Notes under the pieces: generated by a model
What the model was told of the DNA's origin: nothing
Database searches by the model: none
The model's input: only the letters and a program-made list of their open reading frames with translations
NCBI RefSeq assembly: GCF_020745735.1
Contig: NC_083435.1
Span: forward strand, 37,597,090-37,661,089
Reading direction: 5' to 3'
Length of the DNA: 64,000 nt
Origin: Hemiscyllium ocellatum
Lineage: Eukaryota
Translations under genes and position numbers: made by a program
Part shown: positions 37,801-51,169 of the stretch, piece by piece
How positions within the stretch are numbered: position 1 is the stretch's first letter
Layout of the letters: every line of letters starts with the position of its first letter

Positions 37801-40375
37801 AGACATGTACACCATTAGTGCTTCCAATAGTACCACCTCTGCAGCACCCTCTCAGGATCCACTGTGAGGATTGCACTACAACCATTGAAGTCTCGGAAAC
37901 AAGTAACATCACCAGTGTTCTGCAAGGCCAACTGACTTAGGTGGGTCACATTACTGGTCTGGATAACCAGTAATTCAAAATTGCGTTGTACGGGGTGCTG
38001 ACCAATGATACAACCTTCCTAAAACTGTGATCTACAAATGAGTGTTGAAAGAGAGAGAGAGGTCCAACTGAGACAAGGCTGGGATTCTAAATGGTTTCGG
38101 GAATGTGAGATCAATCTCTGGCTCTTAATCACACTTATTCCTGATGAGACTTCCCATTATCTTCGAACCGTTTCCTATGAAGTCAATTATTTATTTGACC
38201 TTCGCTCTCATTAGACTTTGTTCTCTTATTTTTATAACTTCTCCCAAACAGAGTGACACATTTTACAATATGCTTTTTTACTCATTTATTCAGGAGAAGA
38301 GGATATGTACTGTCATGCCTGCACACTTAGTACCATGAGCCTGCATATCAGACTTAGATGATGAGCATTCTCATTATATCAAATGGTCACTGATAGGATT
38401 TTGATTTAGAGGTCATCTGCTGGGGAATATAGTTACTACAATTGGTGCTTGGAACAAATTACATTTCAACATTGTGGTAAATTTGCATAGAACCTAAAAT
38501 ATAGAGATTGCAAAGTAGATGATACTTGATCTGTATAGAGTGTGTGTAAAATATGTGCATGATGACAATCAGTGTATGAAAGATGAGATGTTGCTAATAA
38601 TCATACTTCAAGGTTTGGTTAATACATAGTCTTATGGAATAAAGGTCAAAAAGAATTGTACTGTAAAGACTATTACAGAACAAAACTCAAATAATAGTGT
38701 CATATAGCAAAACATGGTTTATCTTCTAAAACACTGCAAATTAAAACTCGACTAATGTAAAATAAGTCGATTGCTCTTTTTCAATTTGCATAATAAATCT
38801 TTCTACCTTTTCTCTAACAGCCATAATGCCAGGTACTTGATAAAGGTATTATGGCGATGTAGTAGGATGAACAGTTGTTGGAACTCGCTCCTTCAATCTT
38901 GATATACTGGAAACTCTCACTGAGAAATGGTGATATGCCTTTAACTAAAGATGGATTACCAGCTGAGTCGTGATATGTTGTGTATTTTTTTTTAATGAGC
39001 TAGAATTAAACATAATACTGTTAACTGATTAACATGCTTTGATTATTTCATCCTAAATAAACTTAAACTAGCCCTGAAATGTAAAGTTCTCTCCAAAAAG
39101 TTGTGATCTGTGGGGGTCTGAGGCTGAGCTGGAGCTTGAAGAGGATGACACTAACTGTTTCTTGTTGGAGATGAGTGGAGAGAAATTTTAAGAAATGTGG
39201 GAGCTGGAGTAATCCCTTGAGACAGTTACGTCATTCAATTAGATTATGGCTAATCCATATCTGAATTCTTTCACACTTACTCCCTTTGCCTAACCAAAAA
39301 ATGTTAACAAAATTAGGACTTGGAGGCAGATTTTGAATCATTGCAAGTGTTCTATTTTGTTTGGTTGCGAGAGTGTTATAAGCTGAATGTAATACTCATA
39401 TTTGTTTGTGATTTTACCAGTCTTCTCTATTGGTTTATAACTCAATAAATTCTTACACTGTAACCCAGTGTACCTGATTTGTCAGCACAATGTCCTCCTG
39501 TTCACTGAAATACTCAGAAGTATACATTCAGTGTTCAAAGGAGATGTGAAATTGATGCTTTTTGTCTTGCATTCATCAAGACTAAAATACAAGAAGCTAA
39601 CTGGAGAAAGAGAGTCAAATTTGTACAGGAAGAGAAGAAGGTGCTAATTAATTGTGCCAGCGTTGGTGAAGAAATGGAGCAAGAATAGTTAATCTTAGTT
39701 CTCAGATTGTGCAACTGGAATCTGATTGGTCAGGATGTTGCCATGGCAATGTAGCAGAGATGGGTAGAACCATGACCCATTTTCCATCAAAAAAAGGTGT
39801 AATATTCCTTTAGCCTCTTTAACGTAGGGTCCTCTGTTTTAATATATTTAGCTTCTGGATATGTGCAAATTCATCACATTGCAAGTTTGACTGAAAAATC
39901 TTCAATTACTTTTTTGGTGTAATTCACAGCACACTCCGCATTCTTTGATAAATGTTGTCCACCAGCAGAATCAGATCTAATGTTAGATGCAGTGTTCTGA
40001 AATTTGCAAGCACAGGCTGATAAAGCAGGATTGCCAATTAGGTAGCAGGATATGGTCATTCATACAGTTTGCCAGTTGTATGGCCGTTGGGGGTAACTCC
40101 ACTGACTAGAGTTCTGTCGAGCACAAAGGAAGATAGCTGTAGTGCTGAAGGTCAATCATCTCAGTTCCAGGGTAGCACTGCAGGAGATCCTCAGCTCAGC
40201 CATCTTAGTTTTTTTGTAAATGATCTCATGTCGCATATTTGATTTGATTTTACGGTCACGTTACTAAAGTACAGGAGTACGTAAAGAGTATAAGGTAGCA
40301 CCTTGCGTAGCAACTTTATGTACAAGTATCTAGGTGCAGAATCTTAAGGACAAGATAGAAAGAAAGAACAAAGTT

Positions 40376-40443
40376 AAACGTCGAATTCTCTGTTCCTGAG
40401 ATGCTGCCTGGCCTGCTGTGCTTTGACCAGCAACACATTTGCA
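40376..40443 (+). mobile_element. Short Penelope terminal fragment
   Basis: aaacgtcgaattctctgttcctgagatgctgcctggcctgctgtgctttgaccagcaacacatttgca, nearly identical to 11438-11505. Confidence 0.8.
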
Positions 40444-40629
40444 ATTGCAGTAATTATAGTATAGCATAAAACGTGCAAAGGTTAAAAGTTGCACATTGCA
40501 GACCTTTGGTTTAAGTAGAACACCAAAGTTGAAGGTTCAAATATTCTAGTCTTTCTAAAGGTTCAGCCATGGAGAGACCGCACTTTGAGAAATCATCTCA
40601 AGAGCAGAAGTCCTTGCAGAGGCGATGCC

Positions 40630-41160
40630 AGGCCCAAGGACCACTACTTACTGCTGTAAGACTACAATACATATCAGGAGACTGCCACACTGGGCCAAGC
40701 TGTTAATCACTTCTCAGATACTGAAGCAGCCTGTGTCTGTATACAGTAAGACCTGAACAGTATCCAGGCTTGGACTGATAAATGACACCATAGTCAATGG
40801 CCATCTCAAACAAGTCAGCATCTAACACTGCACCTTGATTTTCAATAGTATTACCATCACTGAATGTCACCAATGTAGGGGTCACCATTGACCAGAAACA
40901 CAATTGGACTTGCCATATAAAGACTGCAGCTAAAAAAGCAGGTCAGAGGCTAAGAATCCTGCAGTGAATAACTCACTTCCTGACTCTCCAAATCATGTCT
41001 ACTATCTGCAATGTACAAGGGGAGAGTGTGACAGGTCACACTCTCCCACAAGTTCCCTTTCAAGCTGCACACCATCCTTACTTCACTATAACTGGGTCAA
41101 ATACCCGGAACTCCCTTCACAGCAGCATTTTGAGTCCACCTATTATCAAATGATGTGGAG
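40630..41160 (+). mobile_element. Degraded CR1/L2-group LINE RT remnant
   Basis: ..VTIDQK.NW..HI.TAAKKAGQRL.IL..ITHFLT..YYLQ pattern of the LINE ORF2 C-terminal region. Confidence 0.5.
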
Positions 41161-43828
41161 AACAAAGAATTCTGTGTCCTATGATCCTGTCCCACTAACT
41201 ACCTGACCAAGGAGCAGTGCTCAGAAAGCTTGTACTTCCAAATACACCTATTGGACTATAACCTGGTGTTGTGTGCTTTTTAACTATTCTCAAATGGATC
41301 ACAACCAGAAATGCCAAATCCCATAAGTGAATTTAAAAAGGTAGATAAAAGTTTGATGTGATTTACATTAGTAACCAGTTAAAGAGCTGTGGGTGTCAGT
41401 GTTGTCTTTGTGTCTGTGTATCTAAAGCTGTGAAAGTTGGTAAAGTCCCTGATGTCAGCTGGAATGGACATTTGATTGTCGTCAATCAGTACTGCTGATG
41501 GACTTTCAGTTTTTATTCATTCAGGTAAGTTCTATTGTTTAGATACAGCCCAAAAGGTGTTCAACAATAAAACTCAAGGAATATCCTGATGTTCACTACA
41601 AATCAGTATCAGTGAGGCTTTTGAGTCAGTTTTCAAATCTCTCCCTGGCCTCACCTCCCCTGTCTCTGTACCTTCTGTATTGCACTGGGAAATCAGCAAG
41701 GAATTCTGCTCGTCCTGGAGTGGGATTTGAACCCACATCTGCGTGGGTTCTGTGACCATGATTAACGTTGTTCCAAAAGCCATATGAATCATTCCTCGGG
41801 TTCTTGGCTTCAACACACCCCCCAACCATAACTTTCACAAGCACATTGCAAAAAAAAAATTCTCGTAGATATGCACATTATTGGCCACGAAGCCAAGCCA
41901 ATCATGGTGTAATGCCTGTAAAGATTTTCTTTTCATGTACTATGGATTAAGAAACGGGAAAAGATACTGCTGTAAAACAAGGCACTGTTGTCGAAGTTGT
42001 AGGGTCAACAAAATAATGAATCACTGGGATTCCTTCTGTGTTATATCTTCTTGATTTACAGCAGTGGAGGAGGATGCATGTTTCAGCTCTGTGAGTGTCC
42101 ATTCAGACCAGTTTTACCCAGTGACTGACTTTTGATTGGTTTTTTGTTCAAGCGGGACAGTTGTGTGTCTGTTCAAGAGTGCTCACCATAGCAACAACGT
42201 TTTGATTAGTTCCTGGGCAGGTGTCGACAACTTTGTGATTGTGCTCAAACATTCACCTATAAAAGGGAAAGTACCAAAATCTCTCCCTCCCACTCTTTCC
42301 TTCTCTCTATCTTTTGAGTAGGAAAAGAAAATCTCGCTCTTGCTTGGTGTCTCTATCCCCAACCCCCTCCAAATTCCCTTCTTGAAAGGAAATGGGGAAA
42401 AACACATCCAGAAAGGATGAATCTTCAACCAGTGAATGAAAGACTGAGATTTGGTGTGTCCACTTTCTCATGTCCTCGTACAGGAGTTGAAAGAAATCCG
42501 AATCAAACGAATATAAAACAGCTCATGGGTCTCTAATCGAACTGGTGCCAGAACTGTACTTCACTGGCTGTTTGTTCCTTCCGTATCCATAATATTTGTG
42601 TCTTATCTCTTTATCTCTGTTTGTACATACATGGGATTATTTTTGTTAGAACTTAATTTTAAGAGTTGAGTGTTTTTGTCTTTTTCTTACCATTGGTTAA
42701 ACGTGTTTGGTTGCTGTTCGAACACTCATTGATGTTTCATTATTTTTATTTTATCTTCTTATCAATTTTGGTTTGGAGCTATCCATTGGGACCTGTGAGC
42801 GAAAGATAACATTTGAATTGTGGGTAAAAGCTTATGTTAAAAGGAAAGCAGACCAAACTAGCTTTTGTTTATTTGTGAGGCCAAGCCCAGAAGTTAATTC
42901 TACATTAGTTCCTGATCCAAACGCTCTATCAATGCTTCATAGCAGAGGAAGAAGACTGTGGTTTAAAAGCCAGCAGAAGTTGGCTATTAATGAGGTCAGT
43001 ATCTGGGAATTGGTTCCAGGAAGTCTGAAAAAGATGCTCAGTCAGGTGGCAGGTGTTAAATGATAACTTGGACCCTGTGGAGGAGGTGGTCAATCTGTTA
43101 GTGAGTGGTCAGATTTTGAATTGAATCTTGGAGTGTGTTTTTTTTATGACAGGGAATCTGGCTGTTGATGGTACAAGATGAAGATTTGAAAGCTCTCTGC
43201 CTAACCTCCATGAGTAGTTCATGGCAGCTCAGACAGAAAACTAAGTGAGACATATTTCTTTCTTTATCTGGGTGAACTGTAAAGGTGACCCTAATTGGCA
43301 TCTTCAGATGATTAATCAAGAAACAATAATCTCTGTGTGTGAATTAATGCATCGTGAAAATCATGTAAGTAACCTGGCCAGTCTTGTTGTTTTATTCATC
43401 CTTTTAACTTTTTTTTGTCTGTTTTCAGCCTCATTTACACAAAAGATAACTAGAGTTTATCGCAGAGACAACAACTAGATTATTTTGGCAGAGTAAAATT
43501 AAACCACAAAGTTACTGTGTTGTTAGTAACTGGCAAAGTCTTTTGTTTAATTATGAAAGTGTGTTTATAATTGATTATTTACTGAGTTGAGACTGGTTAT
43601 TCAAGTCTGATGAGAAACTATTGAGGGTCTTTGATAGTTTTAATTTTACTGTGCTGTGGATACCAAGATAGAAAGGCTGGTTTGGTTTGGCTGATTGTCA
43701 TAACAATACAATAAATAAGTTTTCTTGTTAATGATTAGGTACTCTTGTAATTTGAATCCAGTGATTTAATCAAATTTTCATATTGTGCCAACTCCTGGAA
43801 TAGTGGGATTTGATTTCCAATGCCCTAT

Positions 43829-44237
43829 TTCCTCATCTTCCGCCTGGGAACCCTCCAACCACAAGGGATGAACTCAGATTTCTCCAGTTTCCTCATTTCC
43901 CCTCCCCCCACCTTGTCTCAGTCGATTCCCTTGAACTCAGCACCGCCCTCCTAACCTGCAATCCTCTTCCTGACCTCTCCGCCCCCACTCCACTCTGGCC
44001 TATCACCCTCACCTTGACCTCCTTCCACCTATCACATCTCCATCGCCCCTCCCCCAAGTCCCTCCTCCCTACCTTTTATCTTAGCCTGCCTGACACCCTC
44101 TCCTCATTCCTGATGAAGGGCTCTGGCCCGAAATGTCGAATTTCCTGTTCCTTGGATGCTGCCTGACCTGCTGTGCTTTAACCAGCAACACATTTTCAGC
44201 TCTGATCTCCAGCACCTGCAGACCTCACTTTTTACTC
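43829..44237 (+). mobile_element. Penelope-like element (Neptune-type) 3' end, young copy
   Basis: LIFRLGTLQPQGMNSDFSSF* then a terminal repeat almost identical to 4375-4660. Hammerhead motif 44106-44141 with a C>T change in stem III. Confidence 0.9.
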
Positions 44238-44275
44238 GAATATTTCAGAGAATAGTTTGAAAGCGCTTTTTTTTA

Positions 44276-44580
44276 CATTAAACTCCCTACAGTGTGGAAA
44301 CAGGCCCTTCAGCCCAATCAGTCCACACCGACCCTTTGAAGAGTAACCCATCCAGACCCATTTCCCTCTGACTAATGCACCTAACACTACGGGCAATTTA
44401 GCTTGGCCAATTCACCTGACCTGCACATTTTTAGATTGTGGGAGGAAATTGGAGCACCCGGAAGAAGCCCACGCAGACACGAGTAAATGTGCAAACTCCT
44501 CAGACAGTTGCCCAAGACTGGAATCAAACCTGGGACACTGGTGCTGTGAGGAGCAGTGTTAACCACTGAGCCACCGTGCC
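44276..44580 (-). mobile_element. V-SINE (HE1-like)
   Basis: Full tRNA-like head (ggcacggtggctcagtggttaacactgctc), V core and tail. Confidence 0.85.
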
Positions 44581-45904
44581 AACTGTTCAGCTGGGAGTTT
44601 GGGATAAAAGCAATGTGCGATTCTGTGTGGAGTTAGTGGATGTGATAAAGAATTGAAGGATGAGTGATTTTGTTCCCTAAAGGATATTAGTGCTAGGTTT
44701 CGATGTAAATTGATGATATATTTACTGACATCCTGTCCAATTCACCATTTTGTCCCCAGTTCACAGGGTTCTCCATGTTAAAAGATCTCTCGTTGTTCTG
44801 AAACTATTCGGATTGTATTCAAGAAATTCATGATTTTTGGGCATGTAAATTTTCCCATTGTAACCACTGTTCCTTTACACAACACTTCTTTCATTGTAAC
44901 CTTCCCATTACTTCATCACTGTTATCAATACTGTAGGCAAATCCCACTAATATCCTAACTGCTTTTTGACTCCTTAATTTCACGCATAGCAATCTCCTGA
45001 ATGCTAAAATGCATCCTTTTGCAATACTTCTTCTGTTTCATCTTTTTCTTTTAGAATGGATGGCTCAGTTGGAAAACTTTCAGTCTGATACCCTTATATA
45101 TGAAACATCCCATTCCTGGGTATGGTGTTACTCTGTTTGCCTTTGTTGGAGCCACTGTGACATCTGTCACCCATGCAAGTATGTAGTGCAGAGTAATGGT
45201 TCTTTGAGGTAGTTCGCTGTCTCTTTCTATACTGTGTCCAGGGCTTGTCCTAATGTAGTATTATGGATAGACCATTGAAGAGGTTTAAGAGAAGAGGTAC
45301 TGGTCTAGGTTGACTGGTTCATTGCCTGAAATCAAGAAGTACAACTTGCATTACAAGTGATAACTCGGACTGTTAGGAGCTATGTAGAATACATATTGAG
45401 CTCCCAAAAGGTGATCATGTAGGATTCAACTGTCTCCTCCCAAAGACTGGAGGTGACCTCATCAGATTGGGTGGAGCTCAGTATAACTACTTTTGAACCA
45501 TTACCATATATAACATCTCCCCACAAGTTTTTACCTGACAGTTAACCCATTATGTATTCATGTAGATTCCATAGTATTATGTTTACTAGTGACCCAGTTC
45601 TCACACCCCGAAGACTCTGCCTTCACAAATGTAAACAATGGTTACTCGTTGCCCTGATGGCAGCTGGAGCAGTGGGAACCTGCTTGCGGTCGGAGTGGCA
45701 TGTCCACTTCTGGGTCCTCCAGCTCCCCCATTACTGCTGCTAAATTATCCCTGCCGTAAACAAACAGTCCATTCCTACAAGGCAACAAACATCGAGGCAT
45801 TTTACAGTTTACACACAGCATAACCCTGTGATTCTGATCAATGAACACTTTCTCGTGAATAAATCTTCATTTTATGGAGCTACGTGTGACTCCTTACTCT
45901 CATA

Positions 45905-48900
45905 CTCCCGTTAGTGTGATTCCCTCCCCTCACTCTCCTCCTGTCAGTGTGACTCCCTCCCCTCACTCTCCCCCTGTCAGTGTGACTCCCTCCGCTCTCT
46001 CGCCCCCGTCAGTGTGACTCCCTCCCCACACTCTCCCCCTGTCAGTGTATCTCCCTCCCCTCACTCTCCCCCTGTCAGTGTGACTCCCTCCCCTCACTCT
46101 CCCCCGTCAGTGTGACTCCCTCCCCTCACTCTCCCCCTGTCAGTGTGACACCCTCCCCTCACTCTCCCCCTGTCAGTGTGTCTCCCTCCCCTCACTCTCC
46201 CCCTGTCAGTGTGTCTCCCTCCCCTCACTCTCCCCCTGTCAGTGTGACTCCCTCCCCACACTCTCCCCCTGTCAGTGTGACTCCCTCCCCTCACTCTTCC
46301 CTTGTCAGTGTGACACCCTCCCCTCACTCTCCCCGTGTCAGTGTGACTCCCTTGCTTCACTCTCCTCCTGTCAGTGTGACTCCCCCCCCACACTCCTCCT
46401 GTCAGTGTGACTCCCCCCCTCACTCTCCCCCTGTCAGTGTGACACCCTCCCCTCACTCTCCCCGTGTCAGTGTGACTCCCTTGCTTCACTCTCCTCCTGT
46501 CAGTGTGACTCCCCCCCCACACTCCTCCTGTCAGTGTGACTCCCCCCCTCACTCTCCCCCTGTCAGTGTGACACCCTCCCCTCACTCTCCCCGTGTCAGT
46601 GTGACTCACTTGCTTCACTCTGCTCCTGTCAGTGTGACTCCCACCCTCAATCTCCTCCTGTCAATGTGACTCCCCCCTCACTCTCCCCCTGTCAGCATGA
46701 CACCCTCCCCTCACTCTCCCCCTGTCAATGTGACTCCATCCCCTCACTCTCCCCCTGTCAGTGTGACACCCTCCCCTCACTCTCCCTGTGTCAGTGTGAC
46801 TCCCTTGCTTCACTCTCCTCCTGTCAGTGTGACTCCCACCCTCACTCTCCTCCTGTCAGCGTGTCTCCCCCCTCACTCTCCCTCTGTCAGCATGACACCC
46901 TCCCCTCACTCTCCCCCTATCAGTGTGACTCCCACCACTCACTCTCCCCCTGTCAGTGTATCTCCCTCACCTCACTCTCCCCCTGTCAGTGTATCTCCCT
47001 CACCTCACTCTCCCCCTGTCAGAGTATCTCCCTCCCCTCACTCTCCCCCTGTCAGTGTGACTCCCTCACTCTTCCCCTGTCAGTGTATCTCCCTCCCCTC
47101 ACTCTCCCCCTGTCAGTGTGACTCCCTCCCCTCACTCTCCCCCTGTCAGAGTATCTCCCTCCCCTCACTCTCCCCCTGTCAGAGTATCTCCCTCCCCTCA
47201 CTCTCCCCCTGTCAGTGTGGCTCCCTCCCCTCACTCTCCCCCTGTCAGTGTGACTCCCTCCCCTCACTCTCCCCCTGTCAATGTGACTCCCTCACCTCAC
47301 TCTCTCCCTGTCAGTGTGACTCTCTCTCCTCACTCTCCCCCTGTCAGTGTGACTCCCTCCCCTCACTCTCCCCCTGTCAGTGTGACTCCTTCCACTCACA
47401 CTCCCCCTGTCAGTGTGACTCCCTCCCCTCACTCTTCCCCCTGTCAGTGTGACTCCTTCCCCTCACTCTCCCCCTGTCAGTGTGACTCCATCACCTCACT
47501 CTCCCCCGTCAGTGTGACTCCCTCCCCTCACTCTCCCCCTGTCAGTGTGCCACCCTCCCCTCACTCTTCCCCTGTCAGTGTGACTCTCTCCCTTCACTCT
47601 CCCAGTCAGTGTGACTCCCTCCCCTCACTCTCCCCGTGTCAGTGTGACTCCCTTGCTTCACTCTCCTCCTGTCAGTGTGACTCCCCCCCTCACTGTCCTC
47701 CTGTCAGTGTGACTCCCCCCTCACTCTCCCCCTGTCAGTGTGTCTCCCTCCCCTCACTCTCCCCCTGTCAGTGTGACTCCCTCCCCTCACTCTCCCCCTG
47801 TCAGTGTATCTCTCTCCCCTCACTCTCCCCCTGTCAGTGTGACTCCCTCCCCTCACTCTCCCCCTGTCAGTGTGACTCCCTCCCTCACTCTCCTCCTGTC
47901 AGTGTGACTCCCTCCCCTCACTCTCCCCCTGTCAGTGTATCTCCCTCCCCTCACTCTTCCCGTCAGTGTGTCTCCCTCCCCCTGTCAGTGTATCTCCCTC
48001 ACCTCACTCTCCCCATGTCAGAGTATCTCCCTCCCCTCACTCTCCCCCTGTCAGTGTGACTCCCTCCCCTCACTCTCCCCCTGTCAGTGTGACTCCCTCA
48101 CTCTCTCTCCCCTGTCAATGTGACTCTCTCACCTCACTCTCTCCCTGTCAGTGTGACTCTCTCTCCTCACTCTCCCCCTGTCAGTGTGACTCCCTCCCCT
48201 CACTCTCCCCCTGTCAGTGTGACTCCTTCCCCTCACACTCCCCCGTCAGTGTGTCTCCCTCCCCTCACTCTCCCCCTGTCAGTGTGACTCCCTCCCCTCA
48301 CTCTTCCCCTGTCAGTGTGACTCTTTCCCCTCACTCTCCCAGTCAGTGTCACTCCCTCCCCTCACTCTCCCCGTGTCAGTGTGACTCCCTTGCTTCACTC
48401 TCCCCCTGTCAGTGTGACACCCTCCCCTCACTCTCCCCCTGTCAGTGTGACACCCTCCCCTCACTCTCCTCCTGTCAGTGTATCTCCCTCCCCTCACTCT
48501 CCCCCTGTCAGTGTGACTCACTCCCCTCACTCTCCCCCTGCCAGTGTGTCTCCCTCCCCTCACTCTCCCCCTGTCAGTGTGACACCCTCCCCTCACTCTC
48601 CCCCTGTCATTGTGACTCCCTCCCCTCACTCTCCCCCTGCCAGTGTGTCTCCCTCCCCTCACTCTCCCCCTGTCAGTGTGACACCCTCCCCTCACTCTCC
48701 CCCTGTCAGTGTGACACCCTCCCCTCACTCTCCCCCTGTCGTTGTGACTCCCTCCCCTCACTCTTCCCCTGTCAGTGTGACACCCTCCCCTCACTCTTCC
48801 CCTGTCAGTGTCACTCCCCCCCTCACTCTCCCCCTGTCAGTGTGACACCCTCCCCTCACTCTCCCCGTGTCAGTGTGACTCCCTTGCTTCACTCTCCTCC

Positions 48901-50225
48901 TGTCAGTGTGACTCCCACCCTCACTTTCCTCCTGTCAGTGTGACTCCCCCCCTCACCCTCCCCCTGTCAGCATGACACTCTCCCCTCACTCTCCCCCTGT
49001 CAGTGTGACTCCCTCACTCTCTCTCCCCTGTCAATGTGACTCTCTCACCTCACTCTCTCCCTGTCAGTGTGACTCTCTCTCCTCACTCTCCCCCTGTCAG
49101 TGTGACTCTCTCTCCTCACTCTCCCCCTGTCAGTGTGACTCCCTCCCCTCACTCTCCCCCTGTCAGTGTGACTCCTTCCGCTCACACTCCCCCTGTCAGT
49201 GTGTCTCCCTCCCCTCACTCTCCCCCTGTCAGTGTGACTCCCTCCCCTCACTCTTCCCCTGTCAGTGTGACTCTTTCCCCTCACTCTCCCAGTCAGTGTC
49301 ACTCCCTCCCCTCACTCTCCCCGTGTCAGTGTGACTCCCTTGCTTCACTCTCCTCCTGTCAGTGTGACTCCCCCCCTCACTGTCCTCCTGTCAGTGTGAC
49401 TCCCCCCCTCACTCTCCCCCTGTCAGTGTGTCTCCCTCCCCTCACTCTCCCCCTGTCAGTGTGACTCCCTCCCCTCACTCTTCCCCTGTCAGTGTGACTC
49501 CCCCTCCTCACTCTCCCCCTGTCAGTGTGACTCCCTCACTCACTCTCCCCCTGTCAGTGTGACTCCCTCCCCTCACTCTCCCCCTGTCAGTGTATCTCCC
49601 TCCCCTCACTCTCCCCCGTCAGTGTGACTCCCTCCCCTCACTCTTCCCGTCAGTGTTCTCCCTCCCCCTGTCAGTGTATCTCCCTCCCCTCACTCTCTCC
49701 CTGTCAGTGTATCTCCCTCCTCTCACTCTCCCCCTGTCAGTGTGACTCCCTCACTCTCCCCCTGTCAGTGTGTCTCCCTCCCCTCACTCTCCCCCTGTCA
49801 GTATGACTCCCTCCCCTCACTCTCCCCCTGTCAGTGTGACTCTCTCTTCTCACTCTCCCCCTGTCAGTGTGACTCCTTCCCCTCACTCTCCCCCTGTCAG
49901 TGTGACTCCCTCCCCTCACTCTCCCCCTGTCAGTGTGACTCCCTCCCCTCACTCTCCCCCTGTCAGTGTGACTCCCTCCCCTCACTCTCCCCCTGTCGGT
50001 GTGACACCCTCCCCTCACTCTCCCCCTGTCAGTGTGACACCCTCCCCTCACTCTCCTCCTGTCAGTGTATCTCCCTCCCCTCACTCTCCCCCTGTCACTG
50101 TGACTCACTCCCCTCACTCTCCCCCTGCCAGTGTGTCTCCCTCCCCTCACTCTCCCCCTGTCAGTGTGACACCCTCCCCTCACTCTCCCCCTGTCATTGT
50201 GACTCCCTCCCCTCACTCTCCTCCT
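45905..50225. repeat. 33-bp-unit minisatellite, ~4.3 kb, roughly 130 copies
   Basis: Consensus CCCTGTCAGTGTGACTCCCTCCCCTCACTCTCC. The 11-residue periodicity in the ORF track (VSVTPSPHSPP / HTDRGRVRGGS) confirms 33 bp. Confidence 0.97.
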
Positions 50226-50429
50226 ATTTGGTGTGTTTCTCTGTGAAGTGTCTGTGTACTGGTCACAATATTAAAGAGGTTGTCTAACTGTAACATATTG
50301 ATGCGTAACTCTTGTCTTGAGTGGATGCAGTTTAACCTTTCCTGGGTAGTGAGGCCAATGTCAAAATGTGTACTATTAGGACAAGGATTGTTGTGAATCC
50401 TGTGTTTGTTGTTGAGCTGGTGGCTGACC

Positions 50430-50560
50430 CTGTTCACTCTCACTTCCACTGTTTCTTAATTCTCAGTCTGAATCACACAGTGTGAGTCAGCTTACTGGCA
50501 GCTGAGGCAGCTTGTGACTGTTCGTCTTTTTCATTGGTTATATCCCTGAGATGGACCAAT
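50430..50560 (+). promoter_or_regulatory. Possible class I proximal promoter motifs
   Basis: ISRE-like actctcacttcc (~50437-50448), TGAGTCA (50483-50489), ATTGG (50533-50537), CCAAT (50556-50560). Spacing does not match the canonical S-X-Y module exactly. Confidence 0.3.
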
Positions 50561-50746
50561 AGTTGATACTCTGCGTTCTGGAATTTGAGTTCAGGAAATG
50601 ACCAAAGTTCAAGGTGAACAGTTAATTCGATTTTATTGTTGTTCTACTGTATGTTCCAGTGTGCAAACATTAATTGATCCCCACCCTCAACCCCAGAGTG
50701 TTTTATTCCAAGTCCCTGGTTAGAATAAGGACAACAAATTCCCAGA

Positions 50747-50798
50747 ATGTTGCTGATCCTTTTCACCATCTCCCTGTGTTTTTCCCGGGTCTCTCCCG
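50747..50798 (+). CDS. MHC class I-like heavy chain, exon 1 (signal peptide MLLILFTISLCFSRVSP)
   Basis: Hydrophobic 17-aa leader ending in G|GTAAGT (phase 1), in frame with the alpha1 exon. Confidence 0.85.
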
Positions 50799-51169
50799 GT
50801 AAGTACAGAACTCAGCTTTCCGTTCTCTCTCTCTCTTCTCCAGCTCAGGGCAAAGACCGGAACTCTCCTGGGATTTCACAGGGATGGAAATGTCAGTCGG
50901 TTTCTGTCAGGAATTAATGTCACAATTGTACTAGTGAAGAGCTGAGGGGCTAATTTCCTTTCATGTCTGTCTCACTCACTGTGTGTCTATGTTCTTTCTC
51001 TGACTTTCTGTGTCTCAGTGTACCACAATTTGTGTGTGTGTGGGTGGGGGTGGGGGGTGGGGGGGAGGTAGTGGGGGGTGGTGCTGTGTATCCTTCTGCA
51101 TGTATGTGTGTCTTTCTCTGGAGCTCTGCTTCTCTCCTTCTGGATATTTTTTCCTTTGGCCCTGTCCCT

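Noticed and set aside
41574-43800. Possible LTR/ERV-like segment
   Set aside because: No paired LTRs, primer-binding site or pol/env motifs could be demonstrated by eye.
45905-50225. CACACTG on the minus strand of each unit resembles the RSS heptamer CACAGTG; the array also superficially resembles a CRISPR
   Set aside because: No nonamer at 12/23 bp spacing, no unique spacers, no cas genes, and the context is vertebrate.
46094-50287. Long ORFs on both strands of the minisatellite (Ser/Pro-rich, Cys-rich SLSPCQCD, RGG-like HTDRGRVRGG)
   Set aside because: Expected from a stop-free 33-bp unit. Frames break at every indel variant, most start at GTG, and there is no splice context.
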